DNA of 64,000 bases, from positions 56,360,001-56,424,000 of the forward strand of contig OZ076409.1 of assembly GCA_964187785.1 (NCBI GenBank), written 5' to 3'. This DNA is from Amphiscolops sp. MND2022. Lineage: Eukaryota. Made by a program: the position numbers and the translations under genes. This document shows positions 48,501 to 60,120 of the stretch, one piece after another; the first letter of the stretch is position 1, and the number at the start of each line of letters is the position of its first letter. The notes under the pieces are model-generated. The model did not search any database. It was given only the letters and a program-made list of their open reading frames with translations, and was not told where the DNA came from.

Positions 48501-48770
48501 CATTACTTGACGTTTTCTGTAAAAAAATGTCCGACTCTTTCAATGGCAAGGTTTTTTCATCAACCCACAGCCCTCACCGAATTGTCCACTTTTTACAAGC
48601 TTTATGAACAATTTCTAAGGGGGCCAACTGGCTGAGTTTTCATAGTTTTACCGTATCCTCGGAACTATATGAGACCTGGGAACTATATATGTTTCGGCAC
48701 TGTGCGACTTTTTTTTGGTATTTTCAGCTTTTGGGCATTTTCGACCTTTGGCATTTTTGGCACTCTTTAA

Positions 48771-49348
48771 CCCTAAATGGACCATGGTACGATTTCGTAC
48801 CAGTTAAATTCTGCAAACTTCTAAACGCAACAGCTGACCGTATGGTGAAGAAAACTCTTGAATAAGATTTTCAGACGATTTTACATAGCATTGCACGCCA
48901 TTTCACGGAATATTGACATGATGTCTCCGAAATCATGAAAATGGGACCAAAAAATCAGAACAAAATTTTCCGTTTTTCCAATTTTCGTCTCTAGCCCTTT
49001 TATCCCACTGGTATCAAGATTGGGTCAAAGTGACTGTAGCTTGGGTTGAATCATGCGCAAATGCAATTAGAGGCACAAGGCGTGCAAAGTTTTGGTGCAA
49101 AGTCCGGAGCCGCACGCCAGCGGAGGACTTTGCGCAAAAAACTTTGCGCAAAAAGCTTTGCGCGCAAGGGGCCCTCGCTAGCGGGCCCCAGCCCAGCAGC
49201 TTGAAAATCAAAATGAAAGCGCAAGTTGTCTTCTTTCGAACGCGCTATGAATCATTTGTCGGACTTGAATAGTTTAGGAGATATTGCGGTTTAAAGTTTA
49301 AACACCAGATTTTTGGATGGATCCGAAAATGTCCTGGTCCATTTAGAG
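48771..49348. mobile_element. piggyBac-type MITE
   Basis: TTAA|CCCTAAATGGACCA ... TGGTCCATTTAGAG|TTAA (13/14 TIR match). Sits inside a decayed HINE-A copy whose 3' end is at 49397-49427. Confidence 0.82.
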
Positions 49349-50921
49349 TTAAAACAAGCATATTTTAGAAACTTCGCGATTTTGGAGCTGTAGGCGGGGC
49401 GCCGACTTAAGACGTTCCCATCTTCTTTCTAGATAACAACTCATTTGACTAATTTTTCATGGGTCGACGCAGGTCTCAAAGGTATATGACTGGGAAACGA
49501 TCGAAAGTCATAAAATATCTTGTTGAAAAGAACCTAAAAGTGAAAAGTCACTCAGCAGTGTTATTAGCCTAGCCGTTAGTAAGAAAATGAAACTTTTGCC
49601 ACTTCGTTCTCTCGAGATTTTTCAACTGAATCGACCAGGGTTTGTTCATATCAGAGACAGATTTGACAACGATATTGCATGAGTTGATTAGAGCATATGA
49701 ACAACTCTTTCCCAGCTATCATCAACATCACTCAGAACCATTATTCTCAAGTTTATACCAAAGCCACTTTTTTAAATAGGATAATTCAATTAGCTGGATA
49801 CATTACACTTTATTCATATTTCATGAAAGGAAAGCTTTTCCGTAAAAAAGTAGCCTACATTGAATGCAACTAAGCCGAAGTGTAGACTTTCGAACACGTG
49901 ATGAATAAAGATGAGCCTGTGAGAATAGTTGCATTACGTAACCTAAAAGGGTCACATGATTGCTTGCTTATTTTATAATCAGCTCCTCATCAATATTAAA
50001 TTGATACCTAATCGAGGATAAAAAGTATAAAAATTAACTTTTCGGTCTTGAGGGTATCGAGGTGAAAAAGCAATCCCCGCAAGAGACTGGCAACCGTTTA
50101 TGGAATGAATTTTGCCCACTCTTACAGTCCCCGAGGAGGAAGACTCAGGCTCTTTCTCAGCAAGCATCCTTGTTTTCTAATTATGCTAATGACATCTCCT
50201 AATTATGGTCAATCATGTTTATTTGGCCACATTTTTGCACGTGAATAAATTCTTGTCAAGATGGATCCCAGCTCATCAAAAACGTGTTAGTTTTGCTCCA
50301 ATTAAACCGTCTAATGATGAGAAGAAAGACCAGACCTCCTCCAAGCGAATAGCAGAATGAATGTTTTTTTTTGAGTAAATGAATGGTGGTAAAAAAGATG
50401 GCAAGTACTAATAGTGAAGCTGTCTGTTTTCATGAGCGGTAAACCTATTCAGATAGCTTCAGCAGTGCGCTGTTTACTAAGAGTTAACAAATTTTTTCAA
50501 ACCAAAGCGAACTTGTTGAAAGTAGACACAAGTTATTAAAAGTTACTCAGGATAAAAACATTCGGAGGAAAAACTCTCACTCAAATTTGCCGAAAAGAAC
50601 TCATTATCATAAATTGGACTCGACACACTGTCGATCGGACAAGAAACAAAATCAAAAAGTTTGCAAATAACTGACATGCATTTATATGAGATCGAAATTG
50701 AAACAAACGAATCCGGTTTGACCCCATGTGCAAGTTGTACAGCGATTGACATGAAGTCGTAATTATCTCGTACTACGAGGCGTATAATGGTATGACATAT
50801 CGTATTACGAAAAACACGACACCATGAAAACACTTTGGTCGATTCGAAACAAAATGGCTCTAGTGTGGCTTCCGTGGAGTAGATACTATTCAAAACCAAA
50901 CAAAGAGACAATTCAACGACA

Positions 50922-50997
50922 ATCAATGCATCTTCAAATCAATGCATCTTCAAATCAATGCATTTTCAAATCAATGCATCTTCAAAATCAATGCATT
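50922..50997. repeat. 16-bp tandem repeat (AATCAATGCATCTTCA) x ~4.5
   Basis: Units are directly visible. Confidence 0.85.
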
Positions 50998-52652
50998 GAT
51001 TCCGGGTCCTGCAAAGTGTAACTTAGAAATTTGGAAAAAGTGTTTTTAAATTCCTTCGCTGGCAAATCGAATGCCACTACTTGGCTGACTTTGATCAGTT
51101 TCGAGTTGCATGAAAACAAGGGGCGCAGTGACACTGCGATATTGTTCGTATACTGTTACTACCAAAACCTAACGCGATTTTTCCAAAGTTTTCCAAAAAC
51201 GTAGGTCTTTCCACAGTTATAAAGAAAACTCTCATCAGTCTCACATGACCAAATCTTTACCAAAAAGGTTATCCTTAAGACTCGTAAAACATTTTTTTAA
51301 AAACAGAAAACCTCAAAAAAACTAAAAACTTCCGTTGAAAAAATTCTAAAGGATTTTCTTTGGTAAAAATTCTTCGGTAAGTCATACAGTGTCGACCGAA
51401 AAACTTTAAGGGCCGACCCTCTATGTTCGCAAAACACCCTGTGTTTCTGCGAAAAAAAATCAAAGGAGCTCTTCTGTTGAAAAAGTCGCATAGTGCCGAA
51501 AAACCCTTTTGGTCCCGTCTGTACATTTCTAAACATTTAAAAATTGGTCTTACGTACACGGAGAGAAACTCAGCTCACTACACGGCGAAATTTTTACGAC
51601 AAATGGAATGTACTTTTGAGCAATTCTAATAGATTTTGACAACAAGGAAAAATAAACACATTCCCGTGCTTAAATCAAAATTTTTGGTTTCTTAAGAAAA
51701 CGAAATATTATAGCCTCGCGATTCTGAATCGACAGTCATCTGCCTTTGAAACTTGATAGGCTCTCACTTTTCGGAAAAAGTGCGTGGGCTTTTTGAAATG
51801 GCATAATCCCACCTATGAAAAAGCTGCTAGAGTTGCTCTCATAACTCCTCAGTAAAAACAAACAAGTTTGCAACAAAGTTTCGGCTGATGGTACACCTGT
51901 GTTTTCATTTCTAGTCTGTGTGCGTGCAAAATAAGATGTTGTCTGCAACATGAATAAAATTGACAGATCATGCAAAATAACAGACAGAATCAGCTTTGAT
52001 TCTTTCATGTTGTCATTCCGAAATTGACGTGAATATTTTGCCTAGCAGGAGTGGCAACTATATGGCGCTGAAATATCTTTTCTAGCAGCCGTCACTAATT
52101 CTCATCAGGACAGGTGTCGAAGCCACATAATTAATAGACAGTCGGCGGGGCGATTAAGGTCTTATTGAAAAGGCAGGTTTCAAAAATTGACAATATATTC
52201 AAGGAATTACTACCTCCTGGAAACAAAAAATCGTCTGTCGTAATTTCGGGGACTGTGGTCTCGTATATAGCGATTCTAGTCGCCACTCCGAATCGAGTAT
52301 TTGACAAACAATTGCAACAGCTTTGAATGAGAACAAACGAAATCAAGGAAAACCAAATGAATTAGCAAGACAAAGAAGATTGAGTAATCTAGTTTTGTCT
52401 CCTGTTGAAGGAAAAACTTGTCAAATTTGAGATCTCTGAAGTAAACTTGCATTGAAAGTAGCATTCACGTTACTTAGTGTATAAAAATACCATAGAAAGC
52501 CAAAAACTCTGGTAATTTGCAAAAAAATTGATAATTAAATTGGGAAATATAATATGAATTTATAATATTTCTGTGAAAATTCCCATCCAAATGTTCGCTT
52601 GCCAGTTTCACTAAACATTTCTGTGAAACTGTGACATCGATGAATTACTATT

Positions 52653-53752
52653 TTTAGTCGGCGATTTTGAAGAAAAGTGCCGACTTTTACAGTGGGTAGT
52701 TTTTTTAGACGCTTAATGTCCCCTTTTATGTTCATGTGTTCAACAACAACAACAACAACTTGAACTACGGACGTTCAAAACATACTGGAAACGTCAGAAC
52801 CTTGTCCAAAACATAAAAAAAAACAGACATCCAGAACATCGAAAACATACTAAGGATGCCCCTTTGGATAGATTGGTTTTTTCACTTGAATTTTTTTCTG
52901 CAATATAAGACTTTTTCTCGAAATTTTGAATTGCACCAAAGGGGCCTCCTTCAATTTTGCAACAGAATGGATGTTTAAAAAACCCAGGGGGTCCCCCGTT
53001 TTACATTTTTTGGAACTGTGATACTGTTCAAAATTCTCAATTTTCCAAAAAATATTTTCCAAAAATTTCTATGTCTCCAAAGGGTCACCCCTTCATTTTT
53101 TCCATATTTTGCAACAAACTGGGTCCCCCCTTTTACAATTTTAAAAACGTTGCGCTTTTTTTGGTCCTTACCCTGGTTGGAAGCGCTTGAACTTTTTACC
53201 TGTTTTTGTAGGTTACCAAGCTAATTTTCCATGATTTTATGAAATTCTCAAAGAAATGTCCATGCATTAAAACTTCACTGATTCGATTTAATTTTATCAA
53301 GCTGCCTATAAAATGCATCCTTGGAGGCAACTCTGCGCCGCAAAGTTTTGCAGGTTTCATTAAGACGCCGTTCTAATTTTGAAAGCAGCTGAGAACTTCA
53401 TCATTTTTACCGCAATTTTAATGCAAACTTCAGTCACATTATAAGTTTCAAAGTAGCGTCATATTCAGCGTGCTATTTGGCTAACGGTGATTACATAAGG
53501 TACTTATATGAGAAACTTACGCGTGAAAACAAAGTGATCGCTGCGGCGAAGAAGTGGAATTGTTTTTAGTTTCAATTCAAATAGTGAAGGGTGCATTGTA
53601 ATCGTACAAAAAGTTTCCATGCACGGTCCCGGAATTTTCCATGTTTTTTTTTTAAAAAAATTAGCCTTCATGTTTCCATGCAGCATGTAAAAAGTTCAAG
53701 CAATCTCGGCTAGGGTAGATATAGCGTCGACTTTGGCCGTTCCCGGCTTGTT
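52653..53752 (+). mobile_element. HINE family A copy interrupted near its 3' end by a MITE
   Basis: 5' end AGTCGGCGATTTTGAAGAAAAGTGCCGACT. The 3' end GATATAGCGTCGACTTTGGCCGTTCCCGGCTTGTT resumes after 53717. Confidence 0.8.
53171..53715. mobile_element. CCC-terminated MITE with TA TSD (second copy)
   Basis: 29-bp imperfect TIRs with a perfect inner GCTTGAACTTTTTAC. Removing the element and one TA restores the HINE consensus CCTTAGATAT. Confidence 0.88.
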
Positions 53753-55529
53753 GATGCCTGTTTCGAAAACTATTCTGTAACGCTTTAGAAACAGCTTCTT
53801 TCGGGGAAAAGAAGAAACTTTACTAAAACATCCAGTCATTTCTTAGACAAGTAGAGCGTGAATTATCAGCAAACATGTGTGAACAAAATAAGGTACATTA
53901 CGAAAGTTGAACCTTGCGACCTGAATTTGAACTCACGGGAACGTACTTCAATAACTTGTTGGGGTAGTATGATCTCTCTAGCAGCAAGTGCGTACCATCA
54001 AGAAGATACTGAGAGGCTTTGAACATGTTTGGAAAATTGCTGAGGTGGAATAAATTATAGCTTCAAGAGATGTGATTACAGAACATTAAAAGAAAAGACG
54101 CACCGCAGCTGAGCAAAGTCACCACTCTTGAATTTTGTATGAGATTCAACATTAGCGGAACCATTCAACACTTGAACACTTGCTTTGAAGTTCAAAATTG
54201 TCAACTTAATCATGCGGATTCTCAAAAGGCTGCAAAATCACAAAATTTCTTTCTCAGTTGCTTCAATTTATCGCGTTTTTGTCTTCGTTCGGTAAACGTT
54301 TTTGATTTCTTCGAAATATAGATGAAAGGCATTATCAGCGTTTGACTGAAAACGTTTTTGTGACATGAAGAACTGAGTTTTATAGAATTTAGTTTCATTC
54401 CGTTCCAACCAATAAAAAATGAGAAATGGTGCCACCAGTTGAAGCTGACAAACACCTTTTGGGAAACACATTGTTGTTTGTTATCCACAAGAATTGACCA
54501 GAATTGCAAATTAACTGAAAAATGATTGGAATAAAACTGTTTAAAATACCTTTTGAGGTAGCAAAAGAATAATTAGCGGTTCAAAACCTTCTAAAGAAAC
54601 TCCATTTCGCGAAAAAAAACAAACAGTTTCTACGTCAAACTGCTTACTTTTTAACGAATTGCCCTGATTTATTTTTTCACAACAACCTGCTTGAAATTTT
54701 GAAAAGATTCATGAAAAATACCTAAAAACATTTATCAAAGTTTGATATTCAAACAAGTATTTTTTTCAAAAAAAAATTCATACATGGGAAAGAAAAGTAA
54801 TTTTAAAAGATTTTCTGAGCAAGTTTTGAATTGCATGGGGGTACGTCCAAGCCCTCAAAATGTTTTTGCAAAACTTATTCAGAGCGAAACTTATCTCGGT
54901 GCTCAGTGATTAGTAGTAAAAAGTGTCAAAATGTAAAAAATCGATAATTTTAATGTTTTGGGCGAAATTTGAACCAAACTCTGAAAACGGCTACAGAAAA
55001 GGTGTGTATGGGTACTTCTCAAAGTTACTACTTGAGAATTCTACTAAAGAGCTCTGCAGAACTTAAGAATATTTCTTCTTTAAATCATTTTTTATGCAAG
55101 TATTATTTTGATGTTGGTAAAATGTTGCTTGCAGGACGGAAGTTATTCCTTATTGAACTGCCGTCAAGTTTTATTAGGGAAAATTGCCTTTTACGGAAAG
55201 CATTGTTTCTCTGACTTTGGTGTCTCCTGTCAGTTTGTCTAAATATTAGGCATTTTTTTGAAGAGTCCAAGCCTTTTTAAAACTTTGTTTTTCAAGGAAG
55301 TAGAACGTTTTAGTTTTACAGAGACTCTTTTGTTTTTTTTCCAGTTTCCGACGGAAATTACTTGATTGCTGTAATGAAAAGTACTTTCTATTTGGCCAAG
55401 AAATTGCATTGTGTGTCTGGCGCGGTTGGGTTGGAAAAGCAATGGTTAGGGTACCGCGCAGACAATTTTTATATAATATAAAAAGGTATATAAACATAAA
55501 TAGGGAGTCAATTTTTTTGGGCAAGTTTT

Positions 55530-56114
55530 TATTCGGCGCTTCATGAAGTGAAACGCGACTATTATAGTGACTCTTTTTTTAATCCACACGAACTGACCAA
55601 AATAGTTCTTAAAAGTTCTACAAAATATTATTGCACCAATTGGCCTAGCGAACTGAACCAAAAAGGTTTTTCCTGTTTTTCTGCGTAACATATCATACCG
55701 GGCGAGACCAAAGGGTCCCCCCTTTCAATTTTTTTTCAGCACTGCGAGACTTTTTTTTCGGAAAATTTTTTCCCCAAAGGGTCCCCCTTTCAACTTTTTT
55801 GCTGTTTTGCGTCAGAATGGATGTTGGAAAATCCAAAGTCTCCCCCCTTTCAGTTTTTCGGCATTGTGAAATGTTTTTCGAAAATTTGTTTTTTCTCCAA
55901 AGGGTCCCCCCTTCAACTGCGACAAACATGTTGACAATTTCGTAAGTGTCCCCCTTTTAGCGCGCCAGGGGCTCGAGCTAGCGGGCCCCGGTGCGCTACT
56001 CGGTCCATTTTTTTGCTTTTTCGATTTTCTAGTACTGTAAATTGACACTTGGAAGTCCTTTTGCTATTTTTCAGCCTTGGATATGGCGCCGACTTGGGCC
56101 GGTCCCGGCTTGTT
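55530..56114 (+). mobile_element. HINE family A copy (full length)
   Basis: TATTCGGCGCTTCATGAAGTGAAACGCGACT ... GGCGCCGACTTGGGCCGGTCCCGGCTTGTT. Confidence 0.82.
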
Positions 56115-56212
56115 CATTTCATCAGAACGTCTGCTCTTCACTTTCTGATTTTTAGCAAAAAATTCTTCTTCAGCTACGAAGGTTTCTCTTTTGGGATTTT
56201 GTCTTCCTACAT

Positions 56213-57150
56213 CCCGGGGGTTGATCCTCTTACTACCATCTTGGCTGTCTTGGCAAGATCTTACCAAATTCTTACTACATCTTGGCAACCATGGAACCCA
56301 TGGCAAGATTCCTATTAAGATATTACTAAGATAATACATTATTCCAAGATCGCATCTTATCACGATGGACAAAATTCTAAGATTATAAAAAACACTATAC
56401 CTTCGGTACAAGTAGCCCAGACTCAACTTAAATGCTCGTTTCACACAACAACAACTATTTCTACTTGTTTTCATTATCATAGTGCTTCAACCCACTGAAA
56501 CAAATTTGCATGCAAAAATGCGTGAAAAATTATGATAACGTGTTCTGGCTTCCGAAATTCTAACGAGAATCCTAATAACTGCTCACCTCTTCAAGTTTAG
56601 AGAAATGCGAATGTACCAACTGAAAACTCATTTTCAGGGCTTTTGAAAACTTGTAACTTATCACTCCTGTCGATTTCACCGGCGGAGAACAACGCTCTCA
56701 AACGCCCACAGTCTCTATCGGAAAGTTACTCAAGGAAAACTAAGAAATCCTGTTGTAATTTTGTCAAATCTTACCTCCATCTTTCTTTGAGCCTGTTGCA
56801 GCAGCCGTATTGCTGCCGGTAATGGCGATCATTGCCACGGTTTGGGTAATGATTCAGTTCGAGGATGCCATTGTTGCCATTTGATAGAACAATTTAATCA
56901 GTGCCTCCCAAAATAAACAGCATAAGTACCCTTTAATCAATTTTTTTACCTTGGTAACAGAAAGTTGTCATGTCTAACAATGTAAACCTGTATCGATGAA
57001 GACTTTTGTTGACTTCCCTCGAGATTTTTTCTGGCCAAATAAGATTTTACAATAAAATTTTCTAGGGAACTTGGCTTTCTTGATAAGATCTTACCTTGGC
57101 AAAATGAATTCCATGATCTTACTAAAATATCCACAGAGGGTCAACCCGTG
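56213..57150. mobile_element. Probable TIR non-autonomous DNA element with ATCTTGGCAAG-type subterminal repeats
   Basis: Imperfect TIRs CCCGGGGGTTGATCCTCT and AGAGGGTCAACCCGTG, each flanked by AT. Confidence 0.5.
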
Positions 57151-57396
57151 ATTGAAAATATTTTTTCAAGCAATTTATTATCTAGAACAGGAGTTCACTG
57201 TAATCGAACCTCTGTTTTTTCAAATCGAATTACGGTTTTCTGTTGTAACTAACGTCTATTTCAAAGAAACTGGCGCTTTAATGGAAATACCAATCCCATA
57301 TCCAAATTTGGCTGGATATGTATTAGAATTGCTATAGGTTTTGCCAATAAGAGTGTTTTTACTCTGACTCTTGTCGAGTTTTGTATCTCTTCTTTT

Positions 57397-57737
57397 TAGT
57401 CGGCGTTTTTCTCAAGAAAAGAGGCCGACTATTACAGTCACTCGTTTTTTCTCCACAAGACAGACTCGAAGCGACGAACGTTAACGTTGAGTATCTTCAC
57501 CTAAAGGAAACTAAAGGAATACCCGGGAAAGGCACCTAATTTATTCCAAAGAGTCCCCTATTTTGTTTTTATACTTTCTAAACGTAACCTACAAAACCGG
57601 GCGGGTCTAAAGGGTCCCATTTCGATTTTTTTGGCATTGTGCGACTTTTTTTTTTGAAATTTGTCTCCAAAGGGTGCCCCCTTCGGTTTTATTCGAGCCT
57701 CAGATATAACGCCGACTTGAGACGTTTCCGTCTTGTT
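57397..57737 (+). mobile_element. Short HINE family A copy (~340 bp)
   Basis: AGTCGGCGTTTTTCTCAAGAAAAGAGGCCGACT ... AACGCCGACTTGAGACGTTTCCGTCTTGTT. Confidence 0.8.
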
Positions 57738-57761
57738 GGATAATAAAGATACCGTTTTCTG

Positions 57762-58546
57762 GGAGGCGTAAATTTCATCGCCAGAAATTTCGTCGTCAGA
57801 AATTTCGTCGTAGGAAATTTCGTAGTGTTAGCAAATTCGTCGTATTGATCAAAATTAAAAGCGTTCGCGAAAAGAAATTATTTGATTTATTCAAATATTT
57901 AATTAATAAAATGAGAGATCTTAACAATGACACCAAAACTGAGTCAAAAAGTTAATTGCATTCAATCAATTCAACAAGACGCTTACTGAGCAATGGTATT
58001 TTTTTTGTCCTGAAGTATTTCACCCAGCCAAAATTTGGCTTTTCAAATTTGCACTATTTGTGAACAAAGCGCTGATATTGTTTCATTTTTTTGTCAATCA
58101 TTCAAAATGGAGCTCTTTTTTGTTGCTCATTTTATTTATGGCGGAGAAAAATTGTATTGTATTCTGAACTTTACTATACAATTTAGGCTTGTTCCGGATG
58201 TGATTTTTTGCTTTTTTTTGTCAAAAAAATATCAAACTTTCCGGGAATTTTTGCTTCAATTGTCGAAACAACTTCGTTTTGTGAGGGGGATAAGAAGCAA
58301 AGAGGAACATGGTCCTAAAAGTCAATAAGATATTAAGATAATTATCAAGACTCGATAAATTTTAAGACATCAATAATATTAGACAATTCTTAATAGCTTA
58401 GATAAAATGCGATGTTTTATAGAACGTAATTTCCGACGACGAAATTTCTGACGACGAAATTTCCGACGACGAAATTTCTGACGACGAAATTTCCGACGAC
58501 GAAATTTCTGACGACGAAATTTCCGACGACGAAATTTCTGGTGAGC
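57762..58546. mobile_element. Foldback/MULE-type MITE with 15-bp tandem arrays in both arms
   Basis: Left arm (AAATTTCGTCGTCAG)n, right arm (ACGACGAAATTTCYG)x7-8. Flanking duplication CCGTTTTCTG at 57752-57761 and 58546-58555 (8-10 bp depending on the boundary chosen). Confidence 0.82.
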
Positions 58547-60049
58547 CGTTTTCTGTTTTAAAATAAATAACTGGAAGAATATACTATATCCGCACATTTG
58601 AAGTATTTTCTGAGTTATTCTGGACAAAGACAGGGAAAAAGGACAATTTAGACCTCTGTTTGAATCTTTTTTGATCTAGTTTTCAGGTTTCTGGAGTCTT
58701 TTTAGTCAAGGTAATCCAATACTTTCTTCTGTCAAGCAGTTGGAGATGGAAGCACCAGATTTTTTGCTTAGGGCATTTTAATAGGTTATACGAGAAATTT
58801 CGCAATGTGACTGGGCCTATTGTTGCATCTAAACTCAGCTGAGAACAAGTACAAAAATTACAGACAGTGAAAACAATCATTTTTTATGATGTCTAAAAGA
58901 ATTAAAAAAGCGAGATGAAAAATGATATCAGGAAAAAAGAAACGGGAAAAGGCGGAGAACGGCCTTCATTTTATTTGTGAGAGTACGTAGACTATTTCTA
59001 CAATAACTTTTAAAATTCAATTTTACCTTGAAAAAAAGAAAAGGCGCGGTAGACACTTTATTACTTCCTGCACGTACATTACTTTTTCTAAGAAAACCTG
59101 ATATTACGGGCTAAGCAAAACAATTGAGCTATGCAATATCCCAGACATCTTTCATTTCATTTCCGATAGCCAGAGACGTTCGTTCTTGTACGGATATCAA
59201 ATTTTAGAGATTCATTCAAAACAGGGAGGTCTTTCATCAATAATCACATTTTAAGCGCTAGATTATGCCTGGATCAAGTTTCTCGCTAATTTCTAATTTT
59301 TGTACTTCCCATTGAGGTCTAATTTATGATAATTTTGATCATTAGTCTGTGAACATATTATCAAAGTGTTCTTCGAGGGACGTATAAAAACATTGGTGCA
59401 GCCTTTGATTTCTAGGGTACTTTGAGCTTTCGCAAAAGGAGCGCAAACTTTCTTGACTAAACTGCACAACTTTAACTGAAGGATAACCCTCGCTAATGAA
59501 AAACCTCAATTGTCATTGAAAACTTGCTAGTTTTGTTAGCTTGAAAACCAGGGTGGAATTGAAGGTTTCATGTCGAGAAATAACGCAAAGCTAATGTTTT
59601 TCTCGCCAAACACGTCAGTCTTGATCAGAAGAGTCGATAAACGGCTTAAAAGCATCAAAGAGGAGTGATGATTTTGCTTGAAATTGTCCAGGCTTTTCAT
59701 TCATGGATTTATTATCGATGCTTCATGAAGGGAAATTGATGATCATTATATTCTACATGTAATATTTTCAAGATTCTTGGATGACAATAGACTGCAAGAA
59801 ATTGGGATAAATTTTGTTTCACATGAGTATAACCTTAGGATTTTGATTCAAAAAGCAATTTTTACTCACTTTTTCAAAGTTTTCCAGATTTAAATTATTG
59901 TTATTTTCCCATGTTTTCCATTAAAAATCTCATGAAACTAATTTCTTAAATTCAACACTACTGGTTGCTTTGGTTGAAAAGCATAATTTATCACATTTTC
60001 TTAAAAACCTCCATAGATGAAAGAAAGTTATTATATTATGTCATTTTAT

Positions 60050-60120
60050 ATAAGCAGTTCTGCTTTTCTAAGTCGGCGCGAATCCGAATAGTTAATCCGA
60101 ATAGTTAAATCCATAGTTAA
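60050..60120 (-). mobile_element. Family C-type HINE 3' terminus with a different body (13-bp AATCCGAATAGTT repeats)
   Basis: ATAAGCAGTTCTGCTTTTCTAAGTCGGCGC, nearly identical to 34045-34073. Confidence 0.6.

Noticed and set aside
50039..50167. Minus-strand ORF with SPRYPQD, reminiscent of a CUB domain
   Set aside because: There is no good acceptor, it ends in phase 0 while the EGF exon needs a phase-1 partner ending mid-EGF, and other CUB residues are absent.
56775..56890. GC-richer segment ending in a GTAAGA donor-like site
   Set aside because: It lies inside a probable TIR element, the phase-1 frame contains a TGA, and it has no EGF pattern.
58379..58627. ORF with RRRKFRRQKF repeats (protamine-like)
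   Set aside because: It is simply the translation of the 15-bp tandem array in a MITE arm.
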